A stretch of DNA of 64,000 bases from Mycoplasmatota bacterium (GCA_018394315.1 CP074575.1:1210615-1274614); one strand, 5' to 3'. Shown: positions 51,312 to 61,490, numbered from the stretch's first letter. The notes: a model not told the origin generated them from the letters alone. Made by a program: numbers and translations.

Positions 51312-52928
51312 ATGAACATAAAGAAATTAAATGGATTACTATTTAAAACCTTAGTAGAAAACGGCGCAATAAATTTAAGTAATAACTATAAATATATTGA
51401 TGATTTAAATGTTTTCCCTGTACCTGATGGTGATACTGGAACAAACATGAAAATGACAATTAACTCTGGTGTACAGGAAATTGCTAATTTGAAAATTGAA
51501 TCTATGGATGAAATGAGTAAAAAGTTATCAAGAGGTTTATTGATGGGTGCCAGAGGTAATTCTGGAGTTATACTATCTCAATTATTCCGTGGACTTCACA
51601 AGGGATTTAGTGGCCATGATTTAGTAGGTCCGACTGAATTAGTTGCTGGATTTAGAGGTGGAGTAGATCAAGCTTATAAATCAGTAATGAATCCTGTAGA
51701 AGGTACAATTTTAACAGTTGCTAGAGAAGCTACAGAATATCTTGAAAAAAATGTTTCTAGTGAAATGACGATAAACGAGACTTTTAAAATGTATCTCGAT
51801 GAAGCAAAAGCATCTTTAGAAAGAACTCCGGAGCTTCTTGATAAATTAAAAGAAGCAGGAGTGATTGACTCTGGAGGAGCTGGTTATGTACTCATTATTG
51901 AAGGTATGTACAAAGCATTGCAAGGTGAATTTATTCAAGCTTTAGATGATAGTGAAATGCAATCAAGTTCTGCTATTGTAGAATCAAATTCTGAGGAATT
52001 TGGATATTGTACAGAATTCATTATTCAAATGAATAATGAGATTGATGTTGAAGATGAACTTAAGAGCGCACTTGCTTATTTAGGGGATTCGATTGTTATT
52101 GTACAGGATGAGGATATTATTAAGGTTCATATTCATACACTTACACCAGGGGATGCTTTAAATATCGCTCAAAAATATGGAGAATTTGCTCGTATAAAAA
52201 TAGATAATATGTCCTTACAACATGAAGAGATAATAAATGAGGCTTCGACCAAAAACGATAAAGGTCCTATGAAAAAGTATGGAGTAGTGGCTGTAGCTCA
52301 AGGTAAGGGGCTAGTAAAAATGTTTTACGACTTTGGTTGTGATAAAGTAGTTACAGGTGGACAAACTATGAATCCATCTACTGAAGATATTGTAAAAGCC
52401 ATAAATAATGTTCATGCTGAAAATGTACTTGTTTTTCCTAATAATAAGAATATCATGTTAGCAGCTGAACAAGCGCAAGATCTTGTTTCTGATAAAAATG
52501 TAATTGTTATCGCTGCTAAAACAATTGCAACTGGATATAGTGCATTAAGTATGTTAGATTTGAATGCAGAGCCAGAAGATATTAAAGAAGAAATAGAAGG
52601 AACAATCGAAGATGTTTCTACTGGTGAGATTACTTATGCTATTAGAGATACTTCTGTAAATGGTGTTAACATAAAAGAATCTGACTTTATGGGGATATTA
52701 AATGGTAAGATTGTCGTTTCTACTCCAAGTTTAGATGAGACTCTTAAGTCTCTAACTGATGAGATGGTTTCAGATGCCGAGATTATTACCATAATATATG
52801 GTGAAGATGTTTCCAAGAATGAAGTAGAGGATTTAGAAAAATATATAGAAGAAAAGCATAGCGAAGTTGAAGTTGATATTATCGAGGGAAAACAAGCTGT
52901 GTACAATTATATATTTGCGGTTGAATAG
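51312..52928 (+). CDS. fakA: DAK2-domain fatty acid kinase catalytic subunit (YloV)
   Basis: LNVFPVPDGDTGTNM, GARGNSGVILSQ, DSGG, GYCTEF, GGQTMNPS. Confidence 0.93.
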   Translation: MNIKKLNGLLFKTLVENGAINLSNNYKYIDDLNVFPVPDGDTGTNMKMTINSGVQEIANLKIESMDEMSKKLSRGLLMGARGNSGVILSQLFRGLHKGFSGHDLVGPTELVAGFRGGVDQAYKSVMNPVEGTILTVAREATEYLEKNVSSEMTINETFKMYLDEAKASLERTPELLDKLKEAGVIDSGGAGYVLIIEGMYKALQGEFIQALDDSEMQSSSAIVESNSEEFGYCTEFIIQMNNEIDVEDELKSALAYLGDSIVIVQDEDIIKVHIHTLTPGDALNIAQKYGEFARIKIDNMSLQHEEIINEASTKNDKGPMKKYGVVAVAQGKGLVKMFYDFGCDKVVTGGQTMNPSTEDIVKAINNVHAENVLVFPNNKNIMLAAEQAQDLVSDKNVIVIAAKTIATGYSALSMLDLNAEPEDIKEEIEGTIEDVSTGEITYAIRDTSVNGVNIKESDFMGILNGKIVVSTPSLDETLKSLTDEMVSDAEIITIIYGEDVSKNEVEDLEKYIEEKHSEVEVDIIEGKQAVYNYIFAVE

Positions 52929-52958
52929 GATGCTAATGCATCCTTTTTTTGTTTAGCG

Positions 52959-53664
52959 AAAACCACTTGCTGTACGATTGGTTCTAACAAAGCTATGCTT
53001 ATGAGTGAAAGCAACAAGAAAACCTCCGTGATATAATGGGACGGGTTAGCCAACCAGACCAAAGTCAAGGAGGTATCCATGGACAATAAAAGTTTAGCAC
53101 ACACAACCTGGAATTGTAAGTATCACATAGTATTCGCGCCCAAATATAGAAGACAAGTGATTTACGGAAGAATAAGAAGAGATATTGGGAAAATCCTGAG
53201 ATACTGAGTGAAAGAAAGTGAGTGCAGATAGTGGAAGCAAATGCATGTGAAGTTCATATCTACATGTTGGTATCAATACCCCCAAAGATGAGTGTATCCT
53301 CGTATGTGGGATACTGAAGGGTAAGATCAGTTTGATGATATTTGTTAGGCATACAAACCTGAAGTATAAGTACGGAAATAGATAGTTTTGTGTAGGGGAT
53401 ATTATGTGGATACAGTGGGAAGAAACAAAATAGCGATAGAGAAATACATAAGGAACCAGATACAAGAAGATATGATGGAAGACAAGATGAGCATGAAGGA
53501 GCATGTCGATCCGTTTTCTGGACAAAGATTAAAATAAAGTCAGAAGCCCTTTAAGGGCAAGTGAGAAAGTGTCTGCGATTGGCGGATCTTTCGAGAGTCT
53601 TTAGATTGAGCCAGTACCAAGCCTTCTAGGCGCATAGGAAACTACCAGTTCTTACTGATAGTTA
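52959..53664 (+). mobile_element. Degenerate IS200/IS605-family element (tnpA only)
   Basis: Subterminal hairpins AACCA...TGGTT (52961-52983) and AACTA-CAGT...ACTG-TAGTT (53640-53663) flank a broken Y1 transposase. Confidence 0.85.
53079..53537 (+). pseudogene. tnpA: IS200 TnpA (Y1 HUH transposase) pseudogene
   Basis: MDNKSLAHTTWNCKYHIVFAPKYRRQVIYG...SIPPKMSVS...KYKYGNR...GYYVDTVG...YIRNQ spread over several frames with stops; HUH motif eroded to HIY. Confidence 0.92.
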
Positions 53665-53745
53665 TTTTTTTTGCTTTATTGTTTGTCTTGATTATACGTA
53701 AAACAAAATAATCGACTTTTGTAGAAATGATATCTATTTTTTGCA

Positions 53746-53780
53746 TATTTAGCATAGTATATCTTTTATTGGAAATAATA
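53746..53780 (+). promoter_or_regulatory. Putative sigmaF/sigmaG promoter of the first gerB
   Basis: GCATA-14-GGAAATAATA; near-copy of 55047-55082. Confidence 0.6.
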
Positions 53781-53848
53781 TCCATAAGTAGATAAAGCTG
53801 ATAAGTAAATGAGATAAGTTATTTTAATATTAAACTAATGGAGTTTTT

Positions 53849-54934
53849 ATGGAAAAAGGCAAAGGAAAGATCTCAATAAGACAAGTAATGTTTCTTTTTG
53901 TTGTTACTGTATATACACCCTCTGTTAGGTTTGTAGCCGGATATTCTGCTGGAAAAGCCAAGCAAGCTGCATGGTTAACCCCCTTAGTAACTCTTATACC
54001 TTTTTTAGTATTGATATATGTGTTAAACGCCTTGTTACAAAAATATAAAGGGTTATCATTTATGGATATTATTTATGATGTGACATCAAGATTCTGGGGT
54101 AAAATCATTCTACTACTATATTTAGTATGGCTAACAGTGTTATTAGCACTATATGTTCGATTTTACGCTGAACGCCTTGTAACTTCAATTTATCCGAATG
54201 TTAATATGAATCTATTTACTATTTCAATGTTGTTGATAGTAGCAATAATTATAAGAGCAGGAATAGTGGCTATAGCTAGAATGAATGAGATTATTTTTTT
54301 GATAGAATTATTTGTTATCCTAAGTTTATTTTTATTAATGATTCCAACAATAAAAACTGACTACCTAACTCCTATAAGCTCTATGGACATTGTTCCTGTA
54401 ATGAAAGGAAGTATTGGGAATACAGGATTAATATATATAACCTATTTGTTCTTTTTTAGTGATAGATTTTCTAGGACAAAGGAATTTATTAGATATAGTT
54501 TATACGCAGGAATATTTTTGTGGCTTGTCAGTACAATAATAATTATTACCAGTGTTGGTACTCTAGGGCATAGCATTGTAGGACGATCTCCACTTTCATT
54601 CCTAATAGCTGTAAAAAACATTTCATTGCTAGGTGTACTCAGTGGTTTTGAATCTATATTAGTTGCTTCATGGATACTGACTGATTTTATTCTAATAATA
54701 GTGTTTACTTATAGCATTATGAATATAACAAAGTCTCTGCTTAATTTAAGGGACTTTAAACCATTTATTAACATATTTTTTGTAATATTATATCTTTTAA
54801 CTTGGATACTTGGAGTTAATGTATTTGAATTACAGGCTTTTTCTGCAGACTTTGCGATCCAAATGAATCTCTTAATGCAAGTTATAGTTCCTATATTAAT
54901 TTTCTTTATCGCAAAAATCAGAAAAAAAGTGTGA
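53849..54934 (+). CDS. Spore germinant receptor B subunit (GerAB/GerKB-like, APC fold), copy 1
   Basis: KISIRQ N-terminus, AAWL, GIVAIARMNE, about 10 TM. Confidence 0.88.
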   Translation: MEKGKGKISIRQVMFLFVVTVYTPSVRFVAGYSAGKAKQAAWLTPLVTLIPFLVLIYVLNALLQKYKGLSFMDIIYDVTSRFWGKIILLLYLVWLTVLLALYVRFYAERLVTSIYPNVNMNLFTISMLLIVAIIIRAGIVAIARMNEIIFLIELFVILSLFLLMIPTIKTDYLTPISSMDIVPVMKGSIGNTGLIYITYLFFFSDRFSRTKEFIRYSLYAGIFLWLVSTIIIITSVGTLGHSIVGRSPLSFLIAVKNISLLGVLSGFESILVASWILTDFILIIVFTYSIMNITKSLLNLRDFKPFINIFFVILYLLTWILGVNVFELQAFSADFAIQMNLLMQVIVPILIFFIAKIRKKV

Positions 54935-55046
54935 GCCTAGATAATCTAAGGATATTAATTGGTGAATTGAGACGGGTGTGATTTTGTATATAAATGATGT
55001 TTAAATTAATGAATAACTACGGGGATATTCTTGTAATTTTTATACC

Positions 55047-55082
55047 TATTTAGCATACTATTATCAATATTTGGAAATGATA
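55047..55082 (+). promoter_or_regulatory. Putative sigmaF/sigmaG promoter of the gerA operon
   Basis: GCATA-15-GGAAATGATA; also contains CATACTA (sigmaG -10). Confidence 0.6.
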
Positions 55083-55106
55083 ACCTTAAGTAAAGTTGGT
55101 GATGAG

Positions 55107-56591
55107 ATGAAAAAAATTAGAACTGATATTATTAATCTTAACAAAAAAGTAGATTTACCTATGGAAGTAGAAAGCTTTAAAGGCTTATTTGCAAATAGTC
55201 ATGACTGTGTATTTACCGAAGTTATGATAAATAAAGAATTGACAGTTCATCTTGTGTTTGTAGATGGGTTAGCAAATTGTACTAATGTAATGGATTTTAT
55301 CTTAAAACCTCTCACAACATTAGAAAAATTTACGAACATAAAAGATGAGAAAAAACTTATTGATGTGATAAAAGGCGGATCGCTATATTATATATCAGTT
55401 AAAGAAACAAATGATGTTAATCTAGCTGTAGAATTACTTCTTATGGGAACTGCTGTATTGATACTTAAAGAAGCAAAGATTGCTTTTTTGTTTGAAACGA
55501 GAGGATTTGAATCGAGAAGTATTCAAGTTCCAACAGAGGAAACTAGTTTAAAAGGTTCTAAAGATGCATTTGTAGAAACGCTAAGGACAAATACAGCGAT
55601 GCTAAGAAGAAAAATGAGAACACCTGATCTTGTTATAGAAGAGCTAATCGTTGGAAAAGTTAGCAAAACTAAGGTTAGTGTTTCATATATTGATGGAATC
55701 GCTAATGATCAACTAGTAAAAAGTTTAAGAGAACGCTTAAAGAAGATTGAAACAGATCAAGTACTTTTTACAACTGTTATTGAGGAAGAAATCATTGATA
55801 GTCAGTACACTCCTTTCCCGCAGGTCGAGTATACCGAGAAACCAGATAAGTTTTGTTCTGCTCTTTTAGAAGGTCGGATTGGTATTATAATTGACGGTAT
55901 TCCATTTACGATGATAATACCAACATCAATTGTTAACTTTTTCCAGACAACTGATGATTATTCACATAACTACATTGTTGTATCAATTATTAGAGGAATA
56001 AGATACCTATTGGCTGCAGTTGCATTGATTGTTCCTGCATTTTACGTAGCCATAACAAGTTTTCATCTTGAGATGATTCCTGAAGGATTAGCCTTGTCAG
56101 TTATATCTACTGAAAAAGGCGTGCCTTTTCCAATATTTATTGAGTGTATTTTATTAAGTATCGCGTTTCAGACTTTAATAGAAGCAGGGGCAAGAATTTG
56201 GAGTAGTATTGGTGGAATGGTATCACTTGTAGGAGCACTAATTGTTGGTGAAGCTGCAATTACTGCTAACTTTATAAGTCCAGGTGTTGTGGTTGTAGTT
56301 GCTGCAGCAGCTATTGCGAACTATACTATTCCGAACAAAGATTTTGCTTTTGCCATATGGATATGGGAAATTATACTTATCTTATTAAGTAGTGTAATAG
56401 GTCTTTATGGAATGGTGATAGGAATAATATTACTTATTCACCACTGGGCACAGATGGAAGTAATGGGAGAACCGTATTTAGCGCCTTTTGCTGCGACTGA
56501 TGGAAGGAACAGTAAAGATGCAATCATTAGAAGTCTATTTGTGTTCAAAAAGAAAGAAAGTTTAGATGAACAAAGTAAAATAAATGAATAG
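55107..56591 (+). CDS. Spore germinant receptor A subunit (GerA family)
   Basis: RSIQVPTEE..LKGSKDAFVE, PFPQ...TEKPD, LLEGR..IIIDG.P, VGALIVGEAAI, PYLAP; start likely ATG 55107. Confidence 0.95.
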   Translation: MKKIRTDIINLNKKVDLPMEVESFKGLFANSHDCVFTEVMINKELTVHLVFVDGLANCTNVMDFILKPLTTLEKFTNIKDEKKLIDVIKGGSLYYISVKETNDVNLAVELLLMGTAVLILKEAKIAFLFETRGFESRSIQVPTEETSLKGSKDAFVETLRTNTAMLRRKMRTPDLVIEELIVGKVSKTKVSVSYIDGIANDQLVKSLRERLKKIETDQVLFTTVIEEEIIDSQYTPFPQVEYTEKPDKFCSALLEGRIGIIIDGIPFTMIIPTSIVNFFQTTDDYSHNYIVVSIIRGIRYLLAAVALIVPAFYVAITSFHLEMIPEGLALSVISTEKGVPFPIFIECILLSIAFQTLIEAGARIWSSIGGMVSLVGALIVGEAAITANFISPGVVVVVAAAAIANYTIPNKDFAFAIWIWEIILILLSSVIGLYGMVIGIILLIHHWAQMEVMGEPYLAPFAATDGRNSKDAIIRSLFVFKKKESLDEQSKINE

Positions 56592-56602
56592 AGGAAATTA
56601 GA

Positions 56603-57823
56603 ATGAGAAGAACTTTAATTATTACTCTAATTTTGTTCACACTATATATATCCGCTGGGTTAGAAACAATGATTGGAGGAAGAAAAAGTATTACAGATGC
56701 TTTTTATGTCACAACTGTTGGTTTAGACAAAGCTAAAGATAAAATTAAGTTAACAATAGTAACACAATCACTAGGACCTGAAGAAGAAACTGAGTACACC
56801 AAGAAGCAAGATAAATACTTTGTAACTGAGGGAAAGACCATTTTCGAAGCCAATAGGTTCTTCACCACATTTATGGATAACAAGATATTTTGGGGTCACG
56901 TTGATTACATCTTAATATCAGAATCATTAGTTAAAAATGGACTGGATACATATCTTGATTTTTTTATGAGAGATCATGAAACAAGATTAATTGCAGAGCT
57001 GTTTATTGTAAAAGAATATAGTGCAGAAGAATCAATAAAACTGGTAATAGACTCTGGTGAAGATATAACAAACACATTACATGTATTAAAAGAGGATGTA
57101 GGGAAATTATCTGTTTCTGGATGTGTTCCTGTATATGAGGCTTTTAGTACTATTACTGATGAAAATTGTGGATCTAATGTACCTTTACTTCAAATAATTG
57201 AAGATGAAAAAGAGGAAACCGATTCAACAGATGCAAAAGAAGCAAGTGTAGCTGAAGATAATCCGAAAAGTAAAAGATTAGTTTTAGATGGATATGCACT
57301 TTTGGACCCAGAAAGTTCTGAACTAGTTGGATTTCTCACTGGAAATGATGCTAGAGGATTTAACTTTGCAATTAATAAAATTAAATCTGGGGTTATTGTA
57401 GTTGAAGATCCTGAAGGTGAAGATGTAACACTTGAAATTATTAAATCAAAGACCAAAATTATACCAAAATTCAATGGAGACAAGTTGGAAGTTACCTTTA
57501 AAACTAAATTATCAACTAATATCGCTGAAATAGACGGAAGTACTAATTTGTTTACTGATGAAAATATTGAACTCTTAATCAAACAACAAAACGAGATGGT
57601 GAAAAAAGAAGTAAAAAATGCAATAGATTTTGCTTTAAAACATAATATAGATATTTTTCCAATTAGTAAAGTTGTAGAGCGAAAATTTCCAGTAAAGTGG
57701 GATAAGATTAAGGATGACTGGCGTAAAATATTTACTGAAATTACATTTAACGTTGAAGTGGATTCACAAATTGATAGAACATATTCAATAAAAGAGCCGG
57801 TATTAAGTAGAGAGGATGGTTAG
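56603..57823 (+). CDS. Germinant receptor C subunit (Ger(x)C), copy 1, no lipobox Cys
   Basis: VGLD, EGKTIFEA, FWGH, LDFFMRD.E.R, C-terminal WDKIKDDW. Confidence 0.88.
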   Translation: MRRTLIITLILFTLYISAGLETMIGGRKSITDAFYVTTVGLDKAKDKIKLTIVTQSLGPEEETEYTKKQDKYFVTEGKTIFEANRFFTTFMDNKIFWGHVDYILISESLVKNGLDTYLDFFMRDHETRLIAELFIVKEYSAEESIKLVIDSGEDITNTLHVLKEDVGKLSVSGCVPVYEAFSTITDENCGSNVPLLQIIEDEKEETDSTDAKEASVAEDNPKSKRLVLDGYALLDPESSELVGFLTGNDARGFNFAINKIKSGVIVVEDPEGEDVTLEIIKSKTKIIPKFNGDKLEVTFKTKLSTNIAEIDGSTNLFTDENIELLIKQQNEMVKKEVKNAIDFALKHNIDIFPISKVVERKFPVKWDKIKDDWRKIFTEITFNVEVDSQIDRTYSIKEPVLSREDG

Positions 57824-58036
57824 ATGCTAAAATATATAATGATAATTGGTGCTATAAGCATTTATGAAATTTATATGATGGTAAAAAAGAGACAGATGAA
57901 GGATTTTAATGCATTCCTTATTTTTGTCCTTATTGCTTTGTTAGCAAGTTATATTCATGTGCATGACCCATTCGATGCTAGTTTATCTGAACTCCTTTTA
58001 AAACTTGTTAAATCTGAGTATTTTAAAGGAGGCTAA
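57824..58036 (+). CDS. Small 2-TM protein, probable germinant receptor D subunit
   Basis: 70 aa, two hydrophobic segments, between gerC and gerB. Confidence 0.65.
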   Translation: MLKYIMIIGAISIYEIYMMVKKRQMKDFNAFLIFVLIALLASYIHVHDPFDASLSELLLKLVKSEYFKGG

Positions 58037-58039
58037 TAG

Positions 58040-59140
58040 ATGGTAAAAAATAAGGGTAAAATATCAGTAAGACAGGCATTAACCTTATTTGCTATTTTAA
58101 CAATTACCCCAACGGTTAGGTTCGCAGCAAGTTCTACCGCTTTGATTGCAAAACAAGCTGCATGGTTGGTACCAACTGTTACTGCTGTTTTCCTATTTCT
58201 TATGTTATATATATTAAATATACTTTTACAAGGATATAAAAACAAATCATTTACAGAGATGATTTATGATATAACCTCTAAGTTTTGGGGAAATTTAATT
58301 ATTTTTCTTTACCTAGTTTGGATAACTATTCTGATAGCATTTTACTTAAGATTTTACTCTGAAAGACTAGTTACATCAATTTATCCAAATGTAAAAATTG
58401 ATATTTTTACAATATCTATGCTCATACTTATAGGATTTATCATTAGAAATGGAATTGTTGTTATTGCTAGAATGGGAGAGATCTCTTTCATACTTATCTC
58501 AATTGTTATTTTAGTTTTAATGATTTTTATGATTCCAACTATTAAGATTAATAATCTATTACCAATTAGTTACTTAGATATTATGCCAACTTTAAAGGCT
58601 AGTTTTTCTGGCGCGGCTTTATTTTATGTAATCTATCTGTTCTTTTTTGCTCATGAATTCACTCATCAAGAAGAGTTTTTTAAATATGGTAAGTTAACGT
58701 TACTATTTATATGGCTTATTAATACTGTAATAATTCTTGCGAGTATTGGTAACCTTGGACATGCTATAATATCAAGATCACCACTATCTTTTCTTATTGC
58801 GGTTAAACAAGTAACATTACTAGGTGTAGTGAGTGGTTTTGAGTCTATTCTTGTTGCTACATGGATTATTTCAGATTTTATAATGATTTTAGTGTTGACT
58901 TATAGCGTTTTAAATATTATCAAATCACTTTTTAAACTTTCTAGCTATAACTCATTTATAAACATTTTCTTAGTATTTTTATTTTTTATTTCTTGGATTT
59001 TAGCTAACAATGTTTTTGAACTACAAACATTATCAGTAGATGTGGTAGTTTCAGGAAATATCATTATGCAGTTTATACTTCCTATAATTATTGTAGTAAT
59101 TGCATTAATAAGAAAAAAAATAAATATTAAAACGAATTGA
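58040..59140 (+). CDS. Germinant receptor B subunit, copy 2
   Basis: Paralog of 53849-54934. Confidence 0.88.
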   Translation: MVKNKGKISVRQALTLFAILTITPTVRFAASSTALIAKQAAWLVPTVTAVFLFLMLYILNILLQGYKNKSFTEMIYDITSKFWGNLIIFLYLVWITILIAFYLRFYSERLVTSIYPNVKIDIFTISMLILIGFIIRNGIVVIARMGEISFILISIVILVLMIFMIPTIKINNLLPISYLDIMPTLKASFSGAALFYVIYLFFFAHEFTHQEEFFKYGKLTLLFIWLINTVIILASIGNLGHAIISRSPLSFLIAVKQVTLLGVVSGFESILVATWIISDFIMILVLTYSVLNIIKSLFKLSSYNSFINIFLVFLFFISWILANNVFELQTLSVDVVVSGNIIMQFILPIIIVVIALIRKKINIKTN

Positions 59141-59150
59141 GTGAAAAAAT

Positions 59151-60383
59151 ATGATCAGAACTATTACATTAACATTATTTGTGTTTATATTATATGTTGC
59201 GACAGGTCTGGAAACCTTAGTAGGTGGAAGGATGGATATCAGTGATGCTTTTTATATTGCGACTGTAGGTCTTGATAAAGAGGATGATGAAATTCAAATG
59301 ACTATAGTAACTAAACAATATTCTCCAAAGGAAGAAACATCTCAAATAGCTAAGCAGGACAAATACTTTGTATCTGTAGGTAGAGATGTCTTTGAGGCAG
59401 CAAGAAATTTTAACTCCTTTATGGATAAGGAGACGTTTTGGGGCCATGTAAGCTATATTCTAGTATCAGAAAACTTAGCCCAGAAAGATATTGATTCAGC
59501 ACTTGACTTCTTTGTAAGAGATCATGAACACAAACTGACTTCAAATGTCCTTGTTATTAAAGATGCAAGAGCAGAAGAGGCAATAAAACTAGTTACTGAT
59601 TCTGGAGAGGATATTACTACTAAATTAAAGGTTCTATCAAAGGGAGTAGGAGCTTTATCTATTTCCAGTGAATTACCTTTGATTGACGCTTTCAATAAAA
59701 TAAATAATAAATATTGTTCATGTTATATTCCAACTCTTAAAATCGTAGAAGATCAAAAAGACGAACCAGAAGAAGAAACAAAGGAAGCATCCAACACAGA
59801 AAATGAGAAAACAGATGAGAAGACGAAAAGGTTAGTTTTAGAAGGATACGTATTCTTTGATCAAGATGATGCTAAATTGCTCTGTTCGATTGAAGGTGGT
59901 ACTGCTAGGGGGTTTAATTTTATTATAAACAAGATTAAATCTGGTGTCATAGTAGTAAAAGATCCTGACGGAGAATATGTAAATCTTGAAATTATTGATT
60001 CTAAAACAGAAATAATACCAAAGATTGAGGATGACAAAATTACAGTAAAATTGAAGACTAAAATGAATAGCAACATTAGTGAGATTCACGGAGAGGTGGA
60101 TATTTTTAAGGCTGATATAATTGAAGGCTTAGTAAACCAGCAAAACGATATTATTAAAGCAGAAATGCAGAGTGTAATTGGCTTAGTTAAGGAGTATAAT
60201 TCAGATTTATTTGATTTGAGTAGTGTCATTAATCATAAATATCCCAAAAAGTGGGACAAAATAAAAGATAACTGGCGTGAAGTATTTAAAGATATTAAAT
60301 TTGAAATAGAAGTTGAATCAAAGATTAATAGAACTTATTCCATTAAAAAACCAGCTCTAAGTAGAGAAAAAGAGAAGAAATAA
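59151..60383 (+). CDS. Germinant receptor C subunit, copy 2, no lipobox Cys
   Basis: Paralog of 56603-57823. Confidence 0.88.
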   Translation: MIRTITLTLFVFILYVATGLETLVGGRMDISDAFYIATVGLDKEDDEIQMTIVTKQYSPKEETSQIAKQDKYFVSVGRDVFEAARNFNSFMDKETFWGHVSYILVSENLAQKDIDSALDFFVRDHEHKLTSNVLVIKDARAEEAIKLVTDSGEDITTKLKVLSKGVGALSISSELPLIDAFNKINNKYCSCYIPTLKIVEDQKDEPEEETKEASNTENEKTDEKTKRLVLEGYVFFDQDDAKLLCSIEGGTARGFNFIINKIKSGVIVVKDPDGEYVNLEIIDSKTEIIPKIEDDKITVKLKTKMNSNISEIHGEVDIFKADIIEGLVNQQNDIIKAEMQSVIGLVKEYNSDLFDLSSVINHKYPKKWDKIKDNWREVFKDIKFEIEVESKINRTYSIKKPALSREKEKK

Positions 60384-60404
60384 TATTCGGATTGGAGCAG
60401 GTTT

Positions 60405-61490
60405 ATGTTTAGAAATAAGGGTAAAATATCAGTAAGGCAAGTAATGATTATTCTTATAATAACTGTATATACACCATCTATAAGGTTTATAGCTAGAGCA
60501 ACTTCCTATTCTGCAAAACAAGCATCATGGCTTTCTCCAATTATTGCCTTTGGAGTTTATGTGATAATGCTATTTATTCTTAATAGATTTTATAAGAAAT
60601 ATAAAAACAAAAACTTTTCTGAAGTAATTCTTGATAACACCCCAAAATTAATCGGAAAAACGATTATTGTTATCTATATTATTTCGATTACTTTATTACT
60701 AGTTCTTTATATAAGATATTTTGGTGAACGATTTGTAACAGCACTTTATCCAAATGTAGATATCAATATTTTTATCATATCTATTTTATTAATAGTAGCG
60801 TTTATGATTAGAAGTGGAATAGTTGTTATTGCTAGGATGAGTGAATTGATGTTTATCATTATGACAATTATTTTTGTTTCATTAATGTTTATAATGGTTC
60901 CAAACGTTCAATTGGAGAATGTGACGCCAATATCCACTTTAGATATAATTCCAGTTTTTAAAGGGAGTATTGTAACAATTGCATTAAGCTATTTACCATT
61001 TTATTTTTTCTTTAGTCATGAATGGTCTCAGAATGATAAGTTCTTAAAGCATGGAATTATGGCGGGTTTATATATTTTAATTATAGAAGTGTTAATTATT
61101 TTCGTAAGTGTTGGCTTAATGGGATCAACTGTCATTTCTAGGTCACCGTTATCTTTTTTTATAGCGGTAAAAAATATAAATCTACTAGGTGAAATAAGCG
61201 GATTTGAATCAATCTTGGTGTCTACATGGATTCTTACCGATTTTGTTATCTTAATTGTCTATACTTATAGTGCATTAAATATGATTAAGTCCTTATTTAA
61301 TCTTGGAGATTTTAAACCTTTTATTAATATATATATCTTTATTACATATTTACTAACGTGGATAATTGCGAAGAATGTTTTTGAACTTCAAGATTGGGGA
61401 GCTCAATTTGCAGTTTATATGAATATAAACGTCCTAATTGTAATACCTGTAATCATTTTCATGATAGGAAAGGTTAGAAAAGTGGTATAA
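60405..61490 (+). CDS. Germinant receptor B subunit, copy 3
   Basis: Paralog of the other two B subunits. Confidence 0.88.
   Translation: MFRNKGKISVRQVMIILIITVYTPSIRFIARATSYSAKQASWLSPIIAFGVYVIMLFILNRFYKKYKNKNFSEVILDNTPKLIGKTIIVIYIISITLLLVLYIRYFGERFVTALYPNVDINIFIISILLIVAFMIRSGIVVIARMSELMFIIMTIIFVSLMFIMVPNVQLENVTPISTLDIIPVFKGSIVTIALSYLPFYFFFSHEWSQNDKFLKHGIMAGLYILIIEVLIIFVSVGLMGSTVISRSPLSFFIAVKNINLLGEISGFESILVSTWILTDFVILIVYTYSALNMIKSLFNLGDFKPFINIYIFITYLLTWIIAKNVFELQDWGAQFAVYMNINVLIVIPVIIFMIGKVRKVV

Noticed and set aside
52907..53525. Minus-strand ORFs 52907-53104 and 53094-53525
   Set aside because: Antisense shadows of the plus-strand IS200 tnpA pseudogene.
53538..53664. IS200 3' structured region as a TnpB/IscB omega-RNA system
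   Set aside because: No tnpB or iscB ORF or remnant is visible; the hairpins are explained as the element's right end.
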